This document shows, one piece after another, positions 10,482 through 22,700 of a DNA stretch of 64,000 nucleotides. The translations under genes and the position numbers were made by a program. This DNA is from Rhizodiscina lignyota (lineage: Eukaryota). Every line of letters begins with the position of its first letter. The stretch's first letter is position 1. The notes below the pieces were generated by a model. That model did not search any database. It saw only the letters and a program-made list of their open reading frames with translations, and had not been told where the DNA came from. The stretch lies in contig ML978122.1 of NCBI GenBank assembly GCA_010015805.1, positions 2,886,453 through 2,950,452 of the forward strand, in the 5' to 3' direction.

Positions 10482-12242
10482 ATGACTGGACTCATTCAGC
10501 TCCACAGCATCAGAGATATCAGCGGTCTTGCTTCTCTGTCAGCTGCTGTCATTGGATTGGTAAGAGTGCTAAACGCCAGCCCTATTGCGCGGCGAAAACC
10601 ATGTCAAAGCTGACATTAAATCTAGTGTATAATCTATGCAGTCGGCTCAGTATGCTACAACGTCTTCTTCCATCCACTCGCGGCTTATCCAGGACCCAAA
10701 CTTGCCGCCGCCTCTCGAATCTGGTATTGCTTTTACGCTTTGCAAGGACGCGTTCCGTTTGTCCTTTCTGAGCTACACAAAAAGTACGGAGATGTCATTC
10801 GCATTGCACCAGACGAGCTTTCCTACACGGCTGTGGAAGGCTGGAACCAGATATACGGCCATCGCCCTGGTAAACCCGAGATTACAAAGGACCGCCTCTT
10901 CTATTCTACCTTTGCCTCTGGCCCACATAGTCTCATCACTGCTGACCGCTCTCGGCATGGCCACCTACGAAAGCAATTGTCCTATGGATTTTCGGAGAAG
11001 GCATTGAGAGGGCAAGAGCATCTGATTCGCAGCTACGCAGACCTTGTGGTGGACCGCTTGAAGGCTACTTGCAAGGGAGGGTCGGCGCCGGTTGACATGG
11101 TTCGATGGTACAATGCAAGTTGATCATTCCGATGCGCATTCGATATCTTACAGTGTCCCAGTTCTTCACCTTCGATACAATGGGTGGCCTTGTATTCGGT
11201 GAGCCCTTTGGGTGTATTGAAAATTCCGATTGGCATCCTTTGGTACGAATCGTATTCGACTCTGTTAAATTCGGCACTTTCGTAAGATGCGCGAACCACT
11301 TCCCTTTTTTGACGATGATTGTGCGATCCTTGGCCATTCCAGGAGACTTGAAGCGCCGTCGTAAGGACCAACGTCGAATGACGAAGGAGAAAACCGATTA
11401 TCGAAAGTCTTTGGAGACTGAGAACGCCGACCTGATCTCGGGGTTGCTGAAGGAGGATAGCGGCGCGACTGACGATGAATATCGGTCGACTTCCGAGACG
11501 CTTATCATTGCTGGCGGCGAAACAACAGCGACCTTATTGTCCGGTGTGACATATTATCTTCTCAAGAATCCCAACTGCATGAAGAGGGTCGTCGCGGAAA
11601 TCCGATCATCGTTCACCTCTGCCGATGAAATCAACGTTGTGAGCGTTAACAAGTTGAACTATCTTCTTGCTTGTCTCAATGAAGCTCTGAGGGTGTATCC
11701 TCCAGCTTCCGACGGGTTTCCTCGCAACACTGGGCCGCATACCGAAATGATCTGCGGAAAGGCTGTCCCGCCAAATGTAAGTTCAATCAGTCATTACTTG
11801 ATGTGTTTCTCGTCTAATACGACTGGCTCAGACTGTAATTCGAATGACCCAATACGCCACATACCATTCCCCTTCCAATTTTGTAAGGCCAGATGAATTC
11901 CTACCGGAACGCTGGCTCGATGAGGAGAACAACAAAGAATCAGAGTTCTCGCAGGACAAGAAGTCAGCGCTACAGCCGTTCCATGTCGGCCCTCGAAATT
12001 GCTTGGGGCGAAAGTAAGTTCGGTCGTTGCGGTCGATCGTGTGTATAATTGCTACCGGAGCTAACTTTTGTGACAATTGTAGCCTCGCATATTTTGAAAT
12101 GCGCCTCCTCATGGCGATGCTACTCTGGAATTTCGATATGGAGCTCTTGCCGGAATCTGAAGACTGGATTGATCATCCGATATACTTGCTATGGGAGAAG
12201 CCGCAGTTGATGGTCCGCTTGACGCCACGTTCCGACATTTAG
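10482..12242 (+). CDS. cytochrome P450 (CYP65/Tri11-like), 5 exons
   Basis: FFHPLAAYPGPKLAA, LHKKYGDVIRIAPDELSY, WYN|FFTFD, I-helix AGGETTAT, K-helix EALR, PERW, heme motif PFHVGPRNCLG; introns near 10560-10625, 11115-11161 (GC-AG), 11777-11831 and 12014-12082. Confidence 0.93.
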
Positions 12243-12347
12243 CATGGTGCTTGCAACGGCTGAACTAGGGCCCAACCCTCTTCCAACCTGAGCAATCTTT
12301 GTGTGGGAGCGTCAAATCTCCCCCCCTTTTTTTTGTACCTGTACTAA

Positions 12348-12998
12348 ATGCGACTGTCTAATGAGCGTCAGTTTGGTCATGCGCAGAGCTCGCTCGCGCA
12401 ATTTGCTCCGAGAAAAATTCGTATCCCCCTAATAAACTTCTCCGTAGCTGAACTGGACGGGGTGAGTCGTCCGAGCTCACCTTTGACTAGATGCTCTGCT
12501 CGTCGCCGTCGTCATCACTCGTGAAGCGGAGAGAGCAATCCATCGGCCTTGGCAAAGGAGACCGGTGTTCCCATGCATCAGTCCTAAAGTAGCCCTGACG
12601 TCCATCCTCTGCCATCCACCTTTCCAGAAGACCCGGGCGATGTCAATGATTGGGTCTCCAGAAGATTTGCTGGTCCCAGGTTACGTAGACGACCAGCATT
12701 TCATGTTGGCTTGAATTACCCTATTGCACCATCGAGTCCCCCAACCCCTCCCGCCGCACAAGTCCCAGAACCGGTCGAGTCACTTGCCACCCCAAGTGTT
12801 CGAGCTACTGGGCAGCTGGGAAAAGCTGCCGATTACGAGGAAGATGATCCTGATCCTTCGAGCGTTATCCAGCTTAGCTTGGCCGAAAGCGAGGAACAAG
12901 CAAGGACACGCACACTGAATGGCACTGATATGGAAGAATTGGAGCGAGTGCTAAGGATATCAGAAGTAGAGAAACGAGCAAGACAATTGCTTGTTTGA
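12348..12998 (+). pseudogene. disrupted reading frame ending in UIM-like helices
   Basis: Single frame from ATG 12348 to 12998 interrupted only by TGA (12522) and TAA (12585); C-terminal SSVIQLSLAESEE and EELERVLRISEVE resemble ubiquitin-interacting motifs. Confidence 0.35.
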
Positions 12999-13752
12999 AT
13001 GCTGCATTGAAAGGATTTTGAATGACTCCCAAATCACAATGGATGAAGTGGCAGGTATGTTCAGGAGGCTCTGGCGTCTTGGATCAAGGTAGAAAGGCGG
13101 GATTCTGAGTTGGCGTTGAGCGCATATGTCACCATCTCACGCGTACTTGTAGAGCTCAAGATATATGCAGAGTCAAAGTTTGCATAAATATGGATTTCCT
13201 TTCTACTTGGATTTGATCTCATATTTTTCTAACAGTACGATAATCGACCACCCGCGGCAAGATCCTACTCTACTATTTATAATGAACGATGTACGCAAAT
13301 TATTCTAAAAGTTCCAACACCTCTCCAATGAAACTCGCGCACAAGAAAATTCCTTGGTTGCTTCACGCTAGCCCTCTTTGTAATGCCAGGGGGTAGAGAG
13401 CCGCACCCTTGAGCCATTATTAGGTACGGAGTACTTACGGAATAACGTGACAACCTTTCTCCAGGGGCTCTCGGCTGCAACATCTTTCTCGCATCGTCCA
13501 GCACGAGCTCGAGTCTAATCTTACTAGACGCTGTAACGCCATATTGCCCGGATAAGCCATTGTGATCAGGAGAAGATCATACGATGAATAGAAGCGTGAC
13601 GATATCGGGCTATGCGTCCCACTACAGGCGGCGACAGCCGATACTTGCTAGCTAACAGGATGCACTAGATATAAGTCGCCCGAACCTCTTGTCTCATATC
13701 GACTTCTCTAGAGTATCACTTATCACCATCTCAATAACTTACAACCAGCAAA

Positions 13753-14181
13753 ATGAACGGAAGCTGCCAATGCGGCTCTGTCAAATTCACGACTCCAACG
13801 ACGCAACCTATTCGACTTTACTGCTGCCACTGCCTCCACTGTCAGAAGCAATCCACTTCCGCCTTCGGTACCTCGGCCATATTCCCCGCCTTCTCACTAC
13901 CCAAAGACGCCCCAGTGGGACTATGGGTGAATAAAAAAACGGATTCAGGGAAGGCCATGAATTGCTACTTTTGCAAAAACTGTGGCAGCAGGATAATGCA
14001 TGATCGTGGGATCGGGACAGTGAGCGTCAAGGGTGGACTGCTTGACGGGCTCGATTGGAACGATGGAATACATATATGGACGAAGCGCGCGGTGGTACCG
14101 ATACCTCAAGGAGCAGTGACTCACGAAGGTCAGCCACCGAGCAATGAGAACAAGAAGCCGCTGCACCAGGCTAATTATTAG
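13753..14181 (+). CDS. GFA/CENP-V (Mss4-like) zinc-binding protein
   Basis: GSCQCGSV...YCCHCLHCQKQS...YFCKNCGSRI...HIWTKRA cysteine pattern. Confidence 0.92.
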   Translation: MNGSCQCGSVKFTTPTTQPIRLYCCHCLHCQKQSTSAFGTSAIFPAFSLPKDAPVGLWVNKKTDSGKAMNCYFCKNCGSRIMHDRGIGTVSVKGGLLDGLDWNDGIHIWTKRAVVPIPQGAVTHEGQPPSNENKKPLHQANY

Positions 14182-14650
14182 CATGATGCAGGAGAGCCTC
14201 CTGATGATTGAACATTTCACAGCGTGAGAGGAGATCGGTTCGATAGATCCCGGGTACAGGTGTACAGATGTACAGGTGTACATATGGTCAAAACACAGGT
14301 CACAATGCGAACACTGAATTAGACAATATTAGCAAGTCTATTGCTACGGTTCTCGAGTATTCTGTGTGTACATCTGGGCCAAGATAACAAGAAGTGCATA
14401 GGGACGCCGTTGCAGAGGCTCAGTAGCCGTGGCCAAGCTCGTTGAAACCGCTTTTCACAAAATTGAAATGATATCGAGAAATGCGTTGGCCAAGTTCGGA
14501 GTGTTCTTCAATAAAGCGCCGCACATAGCTCGAGCTCTTGCGATTTTGAACGAAGATTTCACACATGACGACTGCCAGCGAGGCAAATGCAGCTTTTTTT
14601 CACTTTCAGAATGGTCAACTCCAGCTGTCCACCGGATCAGGACGGTCCTC

Positions 14651-15605
14651 TCACGCAGCCTCATGAGCTTTCTCTTCCGCCTCCTTTCTCATCTGAATAG
14701 CAACCGCCCTGATCTTCATCAACGTATCCTCCTGAATTTCCTCCTCGCCTATAATCTCTTTCACGCATTTCAGAAGGACAGCATCTTCGACCTCCTTAAA
14801 CCTACCCTCAGAGGAATAGATGAGCTGCCCATTCCTCCCAGAGTCCGCCATCAGCAACGCGACAGATCTGGCCACCGGCTCCGGGTACTGCAATGCCGCG
14901 CCTGCCTTCTGGAGTACAAAGTCCGGCACCAGACCAGTTGCGGTCCAGCTTGGTGCGATCGCGTTCATGCGGATAGGGACGCCAGCCGCCTTCATCAGAG
15001 GTACCATGCCACGCATGAAGCCGAGTACACCGTGCTTAGCGGTAGTGTAGTCGACAGTACGGAAGCGCTGGAAAGATGATGCCGAGGCCGTGACGACGAC
15101 GCTGTTGCTCTCGCTTGCCAACTTTCGCATGTAGTGCACGCCCAGAGTGCTGGTATTCAACATGCCTCTCAGGTTAACGTCGAGTGTAGCATAGGTTGGT
15201 TCCAGAAGATCCCCGTTCTCATCCAAGTTCTCAGCGAGATAGTCAGCCCGGGCCCCGATGCCAGCGTTGGCGAAGACGTGGTCGATAATGGGACGATGCT
15301 GAACTGCATGCTTGAACAATGAGGTTAAAGATTTCCAAGACGTGACGTCTGTGATGGTGAAGCTGAGATTCGTGTGTTCCAGTGGGATTGCGTTTAGGTC
15401 ACCAGCGGTCACGAATGCCCCATGCTCAAGGAGAAGTTTGACTGTTGCGAGACCAATTCCGGAAGAAGCGCCTGGGAATGATCAGCCAGAGCTCAATATC
15501 TGATACAAGCCCGACAGTCGAAGACTGTTGCCTACCTGTAACAATCACGTGCTTGTCTTTTAATGGCCGAAAGTCCTCATCATCTTGGATTAGGAATTCG
15601 GTCAT
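14651..15605 (-). CDS. short-chain dehydrogenase/reductase
   Basis: ATG 15605 MTEFLIQD...VIVTG|GASSGIG (intron ~15536-15472), VFANAGI, catalytic YTTAK. Confidence 0.92.
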
Positions 15606-16218
15606 GTTGGAGTCGCGTTTGGGAAAGTTGCGGTGCTTCACGAAATTGAATCTCTACGAAATGCTCAAGGTAATTGACAACGCTTTGTGTATTTTGATGA
15701 GCTTGCGTCATGGTTTTATTGCTTGGACAATACGAACTAAGACTCCGAAATTCGAGATCGACCTGCCGAGGCCTGCGTCCTCATCTTCAATAAGAAAGGT
15801 GAGGGGCAGTGAGACACGGCAGATGAGCGCTTCAAATGATGTCAAATTTTCCAGAGTTAATTTATTATCTCTGCGTTTTACGTGGCTGTTGAAGTAGTCG
15901 AGTAATTACATGATTGTTCCAGCGTAGAAGGTAAAAGATTTCCGAGGCTGGCTTACGAAAAGGCTGCGGAGAAGAGTCAATCTCACAACCTCCATCATCG
16001 AACTACCTCTAGCATACAATAGAACAGGTCTCTTCAGCCACCTTCATAATCTGAGTGAAGCTTTTCGGTATACGTTCAATTCAGCCTGAGTCCTCCATAT
16101 ACTCCATATATCTCACATCTCATAACCCGACCAATTGTTTCACTTTCGTAGAGGTTGATCCGTTATGTATCGTACAATGCTCAGGGGCTCCCAAGAACTT
16201 CAAATACGTGCCCATTCA

Positions 16219-16773
16219 TTAGCTATTCAGATATGGATCATTCGTATTCCACAAAGCTGGCACTCTGGTTCTGGCGGCCTTGATGCTGTTAACCAGATCT
16301 TTCAGCTCAGCAATGGACTGGTCGTGATTCTTTACTGGGGATATATACGTGCTGATATAGGCTTTGATGTTGAGCTGTATGCACTCCCACTGCCGCCTAA
16401 AAGACGCAGATCTCTGCTCAAAGTCCGCTCGAGCCATCTCCCTGAAGGCTTTCTTGCCTAGTTGATTGCCGATGCGTGCGATTTCAATGCTGGCAACCAT
16501 GTTCTTATAGATATAATTCATATCCTCCAGCCACATCACACTGAGGTGGACTAGTCGTGGACACACTCTGGTTCTCAGAATCAGCTGGTCCTGGTCAAAA
16601 TCAAATCTAGACCATGCAAAACGTGGTTCCGTGCTGGGGAGGTGGTATTGGTCTACCAAATACTCCTGGAGCTGCAAGAAGCCAACCCGGCATTGTTCAT
16701 CAGAAGCATTGTCGGTGTTGGAAACCCATCCGGTGATGCCGTCTCGGAGCAATTTCTCTTGGATATAATTCAT
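16219..16773 (-). CDS. hypothetical protein
   Basis: ~184-aa frame from MNYIQEKLL; helical composition; no family recognised. Confidence 0.4.
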   Translation of the reverse strand: MNYIQEKLLRDGITGWVSNTDNASDEQCRVGFLQLQEYLVDQYHLPSTEPRFAWSRFDFDQDQLILRTRVCPRLVHLSVMWLEDMNYIYKNMVASIEIARIGNQLGKKAFREMARADFEQRSASFRRQWECIQLNIKAYISTYISPVKNHDQSIAELKDLVNSIKAARTRVPALWNTNDPYLNS

Positions 16774-16955
16774 TCTGCTAATAGATGTGAGAGAGATGTG
16801 ATGAAGCGGGCAGATTGTGTAAAGACGTCGGTCCGTCGATACAAACAAGACATAGGCATTTCAAGAGAAAAGGAGCACGCCAAAGAGTTGAGAATACTCC
16901 ATTATTCGGGGGACACAATTTCGGGCGCCATTTCATTCACCAGAGGCCCCAGACA

Positions 16956-17723
16956 TCATGAGGTCTCGATACGCGCCAAAGCCGGGTGACCTGGAAGCTT
17001 CCCTGCGTAGTACAACCACGTTACAAGCAGCGTTTCAACCCAATTCACAAATTTTCCCCATACCCAAAAGATCTTCAAATGGTCTACATTCGACCATTTG
17101 TCCTTCGGGTTGGATCTTGGGAATGCTGTCTTTGGTATATTCTTCTTGCCCAGGAATTCGCACAGCTCTTCCCATCGGAGCCCGTTGTCAATACGGAGCT
17201 CAAGCAATCGATGCGGTTGATCCTTGAAGAATTCACGGACGCGGTCGTTGTGCGATCGGTAAATCGAAACATATGTCTCCTTGTTGCTCTCGTTGGCGAA
17301 CTGGGAACCGTACAGCAACTCATGCCCAACCCAGCCATTGCGATTCGTGTGCGCATGGATGCTTCGCCACCACTTTTCCTCGTCGTTCCTTAGCGTCAGG
17401 ATAAATTTTGCGTCGGGGTACATTGTTGCCATTTCTTCGTATAGAAATGTCCAAGGCAAGTCCTCAAAAGCATCGTACGTCCGAGAGAGCCCGATCAGGT
17501 GCTGTAAGTTTCCGGAATACCAGTCGTGAAAGAGTTTACGGGAGAGTAAGTCTTTCCACCCCAGGCGCTTGTAACCAAGAGTTGCAAGCGCATCGCCCAA
17601 GGAGGTAGTGCCGGTTTTATTGAGTCCGACAACGAAGACTTTGGGCTTGAAGCGAGGAATCGACCAGATAATTGGAAAGATGATGAAAGGAAGGAGCAGC
17701 GCAATATAGAACATTCGATTCAT
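16956..17723 (-). CDS. sulfotransferase-like P-loop protein (Sulfotransfer_4-type) with N-terminal hydrophobic anchor
   Basis: KVFVVGLNKTGTTSL, YDAFEDLPW, YPDAKFILTLR, HNDRVREFF, WEELCEFLG, FPRSN; intronless. Confidence 0.85.
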   Translation of the reverse strand: MNRMFYIALLLPFIIFPIIWSIPRFKPKVFVVGLNKTGTTSLGDALATLGYKRLGWKDLLSRKLFHDWYSGNLQHLIGLSRTYDAFEDLPWTFLYEEMATMYPDAKFILTLRNDEEKWWRSIHAHTNRNGWVGHELLYGSQFANESNKETYVSIYRSHNDRVREFFKDQPHRLLELRIDNGLRWEELCEFLGKKNIPKTAFPRSNPKDKWSNVDHLKIFWVWGKFVNWVETLLVTWLYYAGKLPGHPALARIETS

Positions 17724-19734
17724 ATTGGATGACCTTTCTTAGGTAGTAACGACTGAGAGATCGAGAAAGGAATATGAAAGAGGTGCCTGGCCTTACTTGT
17801 AATTGATATCAGAGGCAACCGGGGAGTTCGCAGGACAACGCGCACCACTTTCGCACCAGCCATACGCGTCCATTCCGTGAACCCGTTCTTCCACCTGCAT
17901 CGTTGATCTGCCGCCATTTGCGAAATTGCAGGCGACCTGCCGAGTCTTGACAAGAGAACCTCATTTCCTGGCTGTATTGCGTGTGCGGTTGTGTGCGAGG
18001 TGGCGTGAAGGATGGAGTTGGAGCATCGTGTTGGCGCGAGAAAAGTCAATTGGCGCGCTTCGAAAGCGGCTTATCGCGTCGCATGCACCGACTAGAGGCC
18101 CACCGTCCCCTGCCTTCGCTTCTTTTTTCATCCACCTGCCAGGCATGGTGCCACGCGAGGCACCCTTTCCTTCGCAGTTTACTCCTGGTGTTGTGATTGG
18201 TATAAGTGCGCCACCTCCTCACTCGTGCTCGTCCATGGCGCCGGAATTAAACATCACGAGGGCTCGTACGCCAGCAGGAAGTGCGGCAAGGCGTAAAGGA
18301 TAGCCAGATTGCCTTGGAGAATTTGGCAATTGTGTTAGGTGAACTTTTCCATTATTTCATTCAAAGATTCATCTCAAAAGCTTCAGCGATAATGATACGT
18401 GGGATCAAGACCTGTTAATCCGGCCCAGATGCCGAACATGCTTCCTATTATCGAGGACAGTACTGCATCGCCTGGTTTAATCGACCATTACTCCCGGGAA
18501 CAGACCTGGACTAGCCAAATCCCGAGTATATAGAGTACAAGCGCTGCTTCCCGACTCAATGCATCAGCGTGTCATTCATGAAGTCACAGAGGTGATGGCC
18601 GAAGAGGAGGAAGACGTCATTCGCCATCAGCCAACGTTCTCGGACGGATTGCATCCACAGCATGAGGCGTGGGTGATGCGACTCCCTACACCATCAATTT
18701 CTTCTTGGTTCTCGAGCTCTTCGGAAGGAACGATGATCAAACCATCCACGTATCAGCCCTCCTGACCTCAAACCCCACTCTGGGCCACGTAGAGGTCAGT
18801 GAAGTTGCATTTATCTGAGGACTTCCTGAATGGACAACCCTCTGGCTTTAGGAATGAATTTGATGTGGTTTGTACTGAATGCTGGCAGTGTTCGTAAACG
18901 CCTGTTCAAGATGTGAGGCGGGCCATTAGTGTTACAACTCCATGAGCAAGTTGATAATGCAAAAAGCGATCCAGTTCATCGGAAATCTTGAATTCTATCA
19001 TCATCCACCTACTATACACCACGTCCAGACTGGTTCCAGCTCCACACAAACCCGTACCCCACCAAGATCGGTGCGTCCGTGCCGTGAAGACAGGAAACGT
19101 CCATCGTACAACCACCTCCTCTCGGCCTCCACCACCACAGAACGAAAGTAAAGAAAAAGGTCAAGGGGGAATGGAGTGCATTATCTACACACCACGACGA
19201 AAAGAAAAGAGAAAAGCCACCACCACCTTTTTCTCGCAGAAAAACACAGCAGTTCTATCACAAACCGCGAAAATGCCACCTGCATATCCCGGCGCGCCAT
19301 CGCTTCGAGATACACGTCGAACAGGTTCCTCCGCAACCGTCACCGGGCTGTGGGCGCTGCCCAAGCACGGAAAACAGGATGCCTCGCTTCGCTAAACTCC
19401 TCGATCGTCTGCCGGTATCGCTATCCTTCGACAACAATGTTGTCTGCTCGTTTTGCATGATGGGGTATTGTATTGGGGAATCGGGACCGCTAGAAAAAAA
19501 ACAAAAAGGTTGCAAAATGGGGGAAGGAGGGGAAGAAAAAAAGAAAACGCCGTAAATGCTTGGGTCGTAGCTTCGCATGCGAGGCGAAAAGGCTCTTGAT
19601 AAAACAGTGGAAAACAACCCGCACGCCCATTATGCTATGCTTCCGTGGAAAACTCTCGTGGATCGGATCGTGTGTGTGTAAAGCGCTCTACCTCGCTCTC
19701 TGTGTAGGAGTAGTCAGTCTTCAGGCATAATGGG

Positions 19735-22700
19735 TCACAACGCTATCCCTACCAAACTCGCCATCGCAGCAGCACTTGCAAGATCTCCTCCCCTTCCCTG
19801 CTGCCCACCGATATGCTCTCTGCTTCCATGTCCAGTGCCAAGCTGTCCGTGGCTGACACTCCGGCCTCCCTGGCCCTGTGGATGACTCCCGCTCGCGGCT
19901 CGCGGCAGGTTCGTGCCGCTCACGTTCGGACCGCTGCCGAATTGGCCGACACCAGCACCACCGACAACGTGGCCGTTGCTGGCTCTCTTGACACCGATGC
20001 CGCTTCCAAGGCCGTTCACGGTGCTGTGACGACGTGGAGGATTGCCGGGCTTGACAGGGCTAGCTGTCGAGTTGCTGGCGCTAGAGACCGCCACACCGTT
20101 TCTCAGGCTCGTAGCTGGAGGCTCAGGCAATGGCCTTGTTCTCTGTGTCGAGCTCGTTGTGGCCGATTGCGCATGTGGTGTCTGCGTTGCGGTGACTGAT
20201 CGCTTGGCAGGCGTTGCGCCACCCGACATCGCGCCGGTCGCGGCTGCGGCGGCATGGTTTGCGTGAATGCCGATAGCTTGGCCACTGCGAACCCTAGAGC
20301 CTGTGGAAGGAAGGGCACGCTTGATTCCAGTGATGAATTCATGCTGCATTGCCTCGTCCGGTCCCATGCGCCTGTCTGGGTCCCAGCGCAAGCAGCGAGT
20401 GATGAAGTCGAGAAACGAATCGTCGTCGCACTTGAGCGCTTGCTGGAGTGTCTTGCTGCTTGGTCTCCTTCTACGGCCCTTGCTCGACACTGTGACGCGA
20501 GGCTTGCCGAGCGAGTCGAAGAACAACTTCTTGCGGGAGGACTTCTCGATGAGATGTTTCTCTGGCGGGCCAAAGATCTCCATGATGCAGGCGAGCTGCT
20601 CCTGTTCGTTTTCGCCAGGGAAAATGGGGTATCCTGTCAACAGTTCTGCGAGAATGCAGCCCAAGGACCACATGTCAATTGGGATGCCATAGCTCATTCC
20701 CAGGATGACTTCCGGAGAGCGGTAGAAGCGCGACTGGATGTAGGTGTACACTTTCTCATTCTCGAAACAGCTTGATCCGAAGTCAATGACCTTGATCTCT
20801 GAGTGTAGAGGATGCGCAAGCAAAATATTTTCCGGCTTAAGATCGCAGTGGATGACGCGTCGTGATTTTAGCAGGGTCAGCGAAGAGAGGATTTGCTTTC
20901 CGAAGCGCCGAATGAGAGGAAGCGGGAAGCCCTTGAACTCGTACGCTTTAATGAACTCGTAGAGATTCATTCCGAGAAGCTCGGTAGAGATGCAGAGATG
21001 GCCACGGAAGTAGAAGGATTGTGTGAAGTTGATCATGGAATGCTTGTTGTCAGGATCCTGGACACATGTCAGCATCATGTCGCCCAACATCGGAGACTGC
21101 AACGATAGTCGCGCCAAATGTAAGACAAAATACGTACCCATTCCCTCAACTTCTGCAGAATGTTGACCTCTACGAGCGCCTGCTGATGGAATCTCTTCTT
21201 GTTCCGGATGATCTTGACAGCGACCAATCCTCCAGTCTTGTGATCGACACAACGCACCACTTGTCCGAAACTGCCCTTTCCAAGCACATCCACGACTTCG
21301 TATCGATATGCAAGGTGATCACCGAGGACGATGTTGTAGTCTCCTCGGTCATCATCGTACCCGAAGTTTGCGCCAGAAGACGAATTGAGATCGCCAACAT
21401 GCTTCTTGGCGTTCTTCGTGCCGCAGAAGAATATATCCTTATAATCAATGATCTCGCCTCTCTCGAAGATGTTGAGGTTCACCATCTGCAGCGCTTGCGC
21501 AGGTGACACCTTCTCCTTCGGATGCGCTCGCTTGCGCAGCTCATCAACGTCCTTGGCCGCAGTTTCGAAATCCTTCCTCTTGCTCGACAATTTCTCCATG
21601 ACCTTATCTGCGGCAAGATCGTCTTTATCAAGATTCGTATCCAAGTTTCTTGCCTTGAGCGTAGATACTGAGCTACGACTCCCGAGCATGCGTTGCATTG
21701 GCGTCAACAGGCTATTTGAGCTCCTCGACTGAGTACGCTCCCTATTAGTCATAGGCTGTTCAGAGTATGCGGGCGGAGGTGGATGCGTGCTTGTCCTTGC
21801 TGGACGTTGAGAGTGGAGACCGTTTTCTCCAGAGCTACGGGCTTGATCCATGCTAGTTCTAACAGTCGCCACCGAGCTCTTTCTTCTCCTGCTATCAAGG
21901 CTTGGTCGACCAGAATGCATGGACGGGGAAGGGCTAGACGTCATATTTCCATTCCAAGTCGCAGAAGCTGGCAACTTAGGTGGTGGCATACCATTATGCA
22001 TTGAATTCTTCTGCACGTCGTCCTGGTGGGGCTTATTGGATGCTTTAGAGGAACTCCTCTTCCATCCGAGACTTAACTTCCTCCTCAAACTCGATCCGCT
22101 AGACGGCGTTTCAGGCTCGTCGTTCGTGCTGGCCGATGTGTGCGCGCTTGACTGCTTCTTCTCGACTTGTGGAAGCTGAGGCGCAGTTTGCGTTCGTGGA
22201 CTGATCATGGATCCATAATCTGGGGCATGCTCAGTAACGGCGCTCTGCGGCTCTGAGTCTTGCTTCTGCGACATGTAGTAATGGAAGTCACCCTCCTTTG
22301 GCAATGAACCTGAAGAAAAAGGTGTTGTCCGAGCATTCGGTGGAGGCATAACAAGTTCCGGAGACATATCCGTTGGATGATATAACGAGCCATCAGGATT
22401 GAAATTGAAGTGCGAGCTCGCGCTGCGAAGATTGAACGCTGCAAACTCTTCATCGTCACGTAGACTTCTCGAAAAGGTCGCTTTAGATGCAGTCATTGGC
22501 GTGCTTGGAGTCTTCGTGTTATTCCGCTTGGGAGGTGTGCCTGCGCGACGATCTACCTCAGCAGAAGGAGCGGGAAAGGCTGCAATCCTATTGGCAGTAG
22601 GAGTGTTCAGTGGCAATACATTCAGCGGTGGAAGTCTGATCGGCTGGACAGTTGTTCTCTTTGGGTTTTGGGTCACCACCGCTTTATCGGGCTCAGCGCC

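Noticed and set aside
10482..17723. P450, GFA, SDR and sulfotransferase as a secondary-metabolite cluster
   Set aside because: No PKS, NRPS, terpene synthase, transporter or cluster regulator nearby; the genes are interspersed with relics, so co-function is unsupported.
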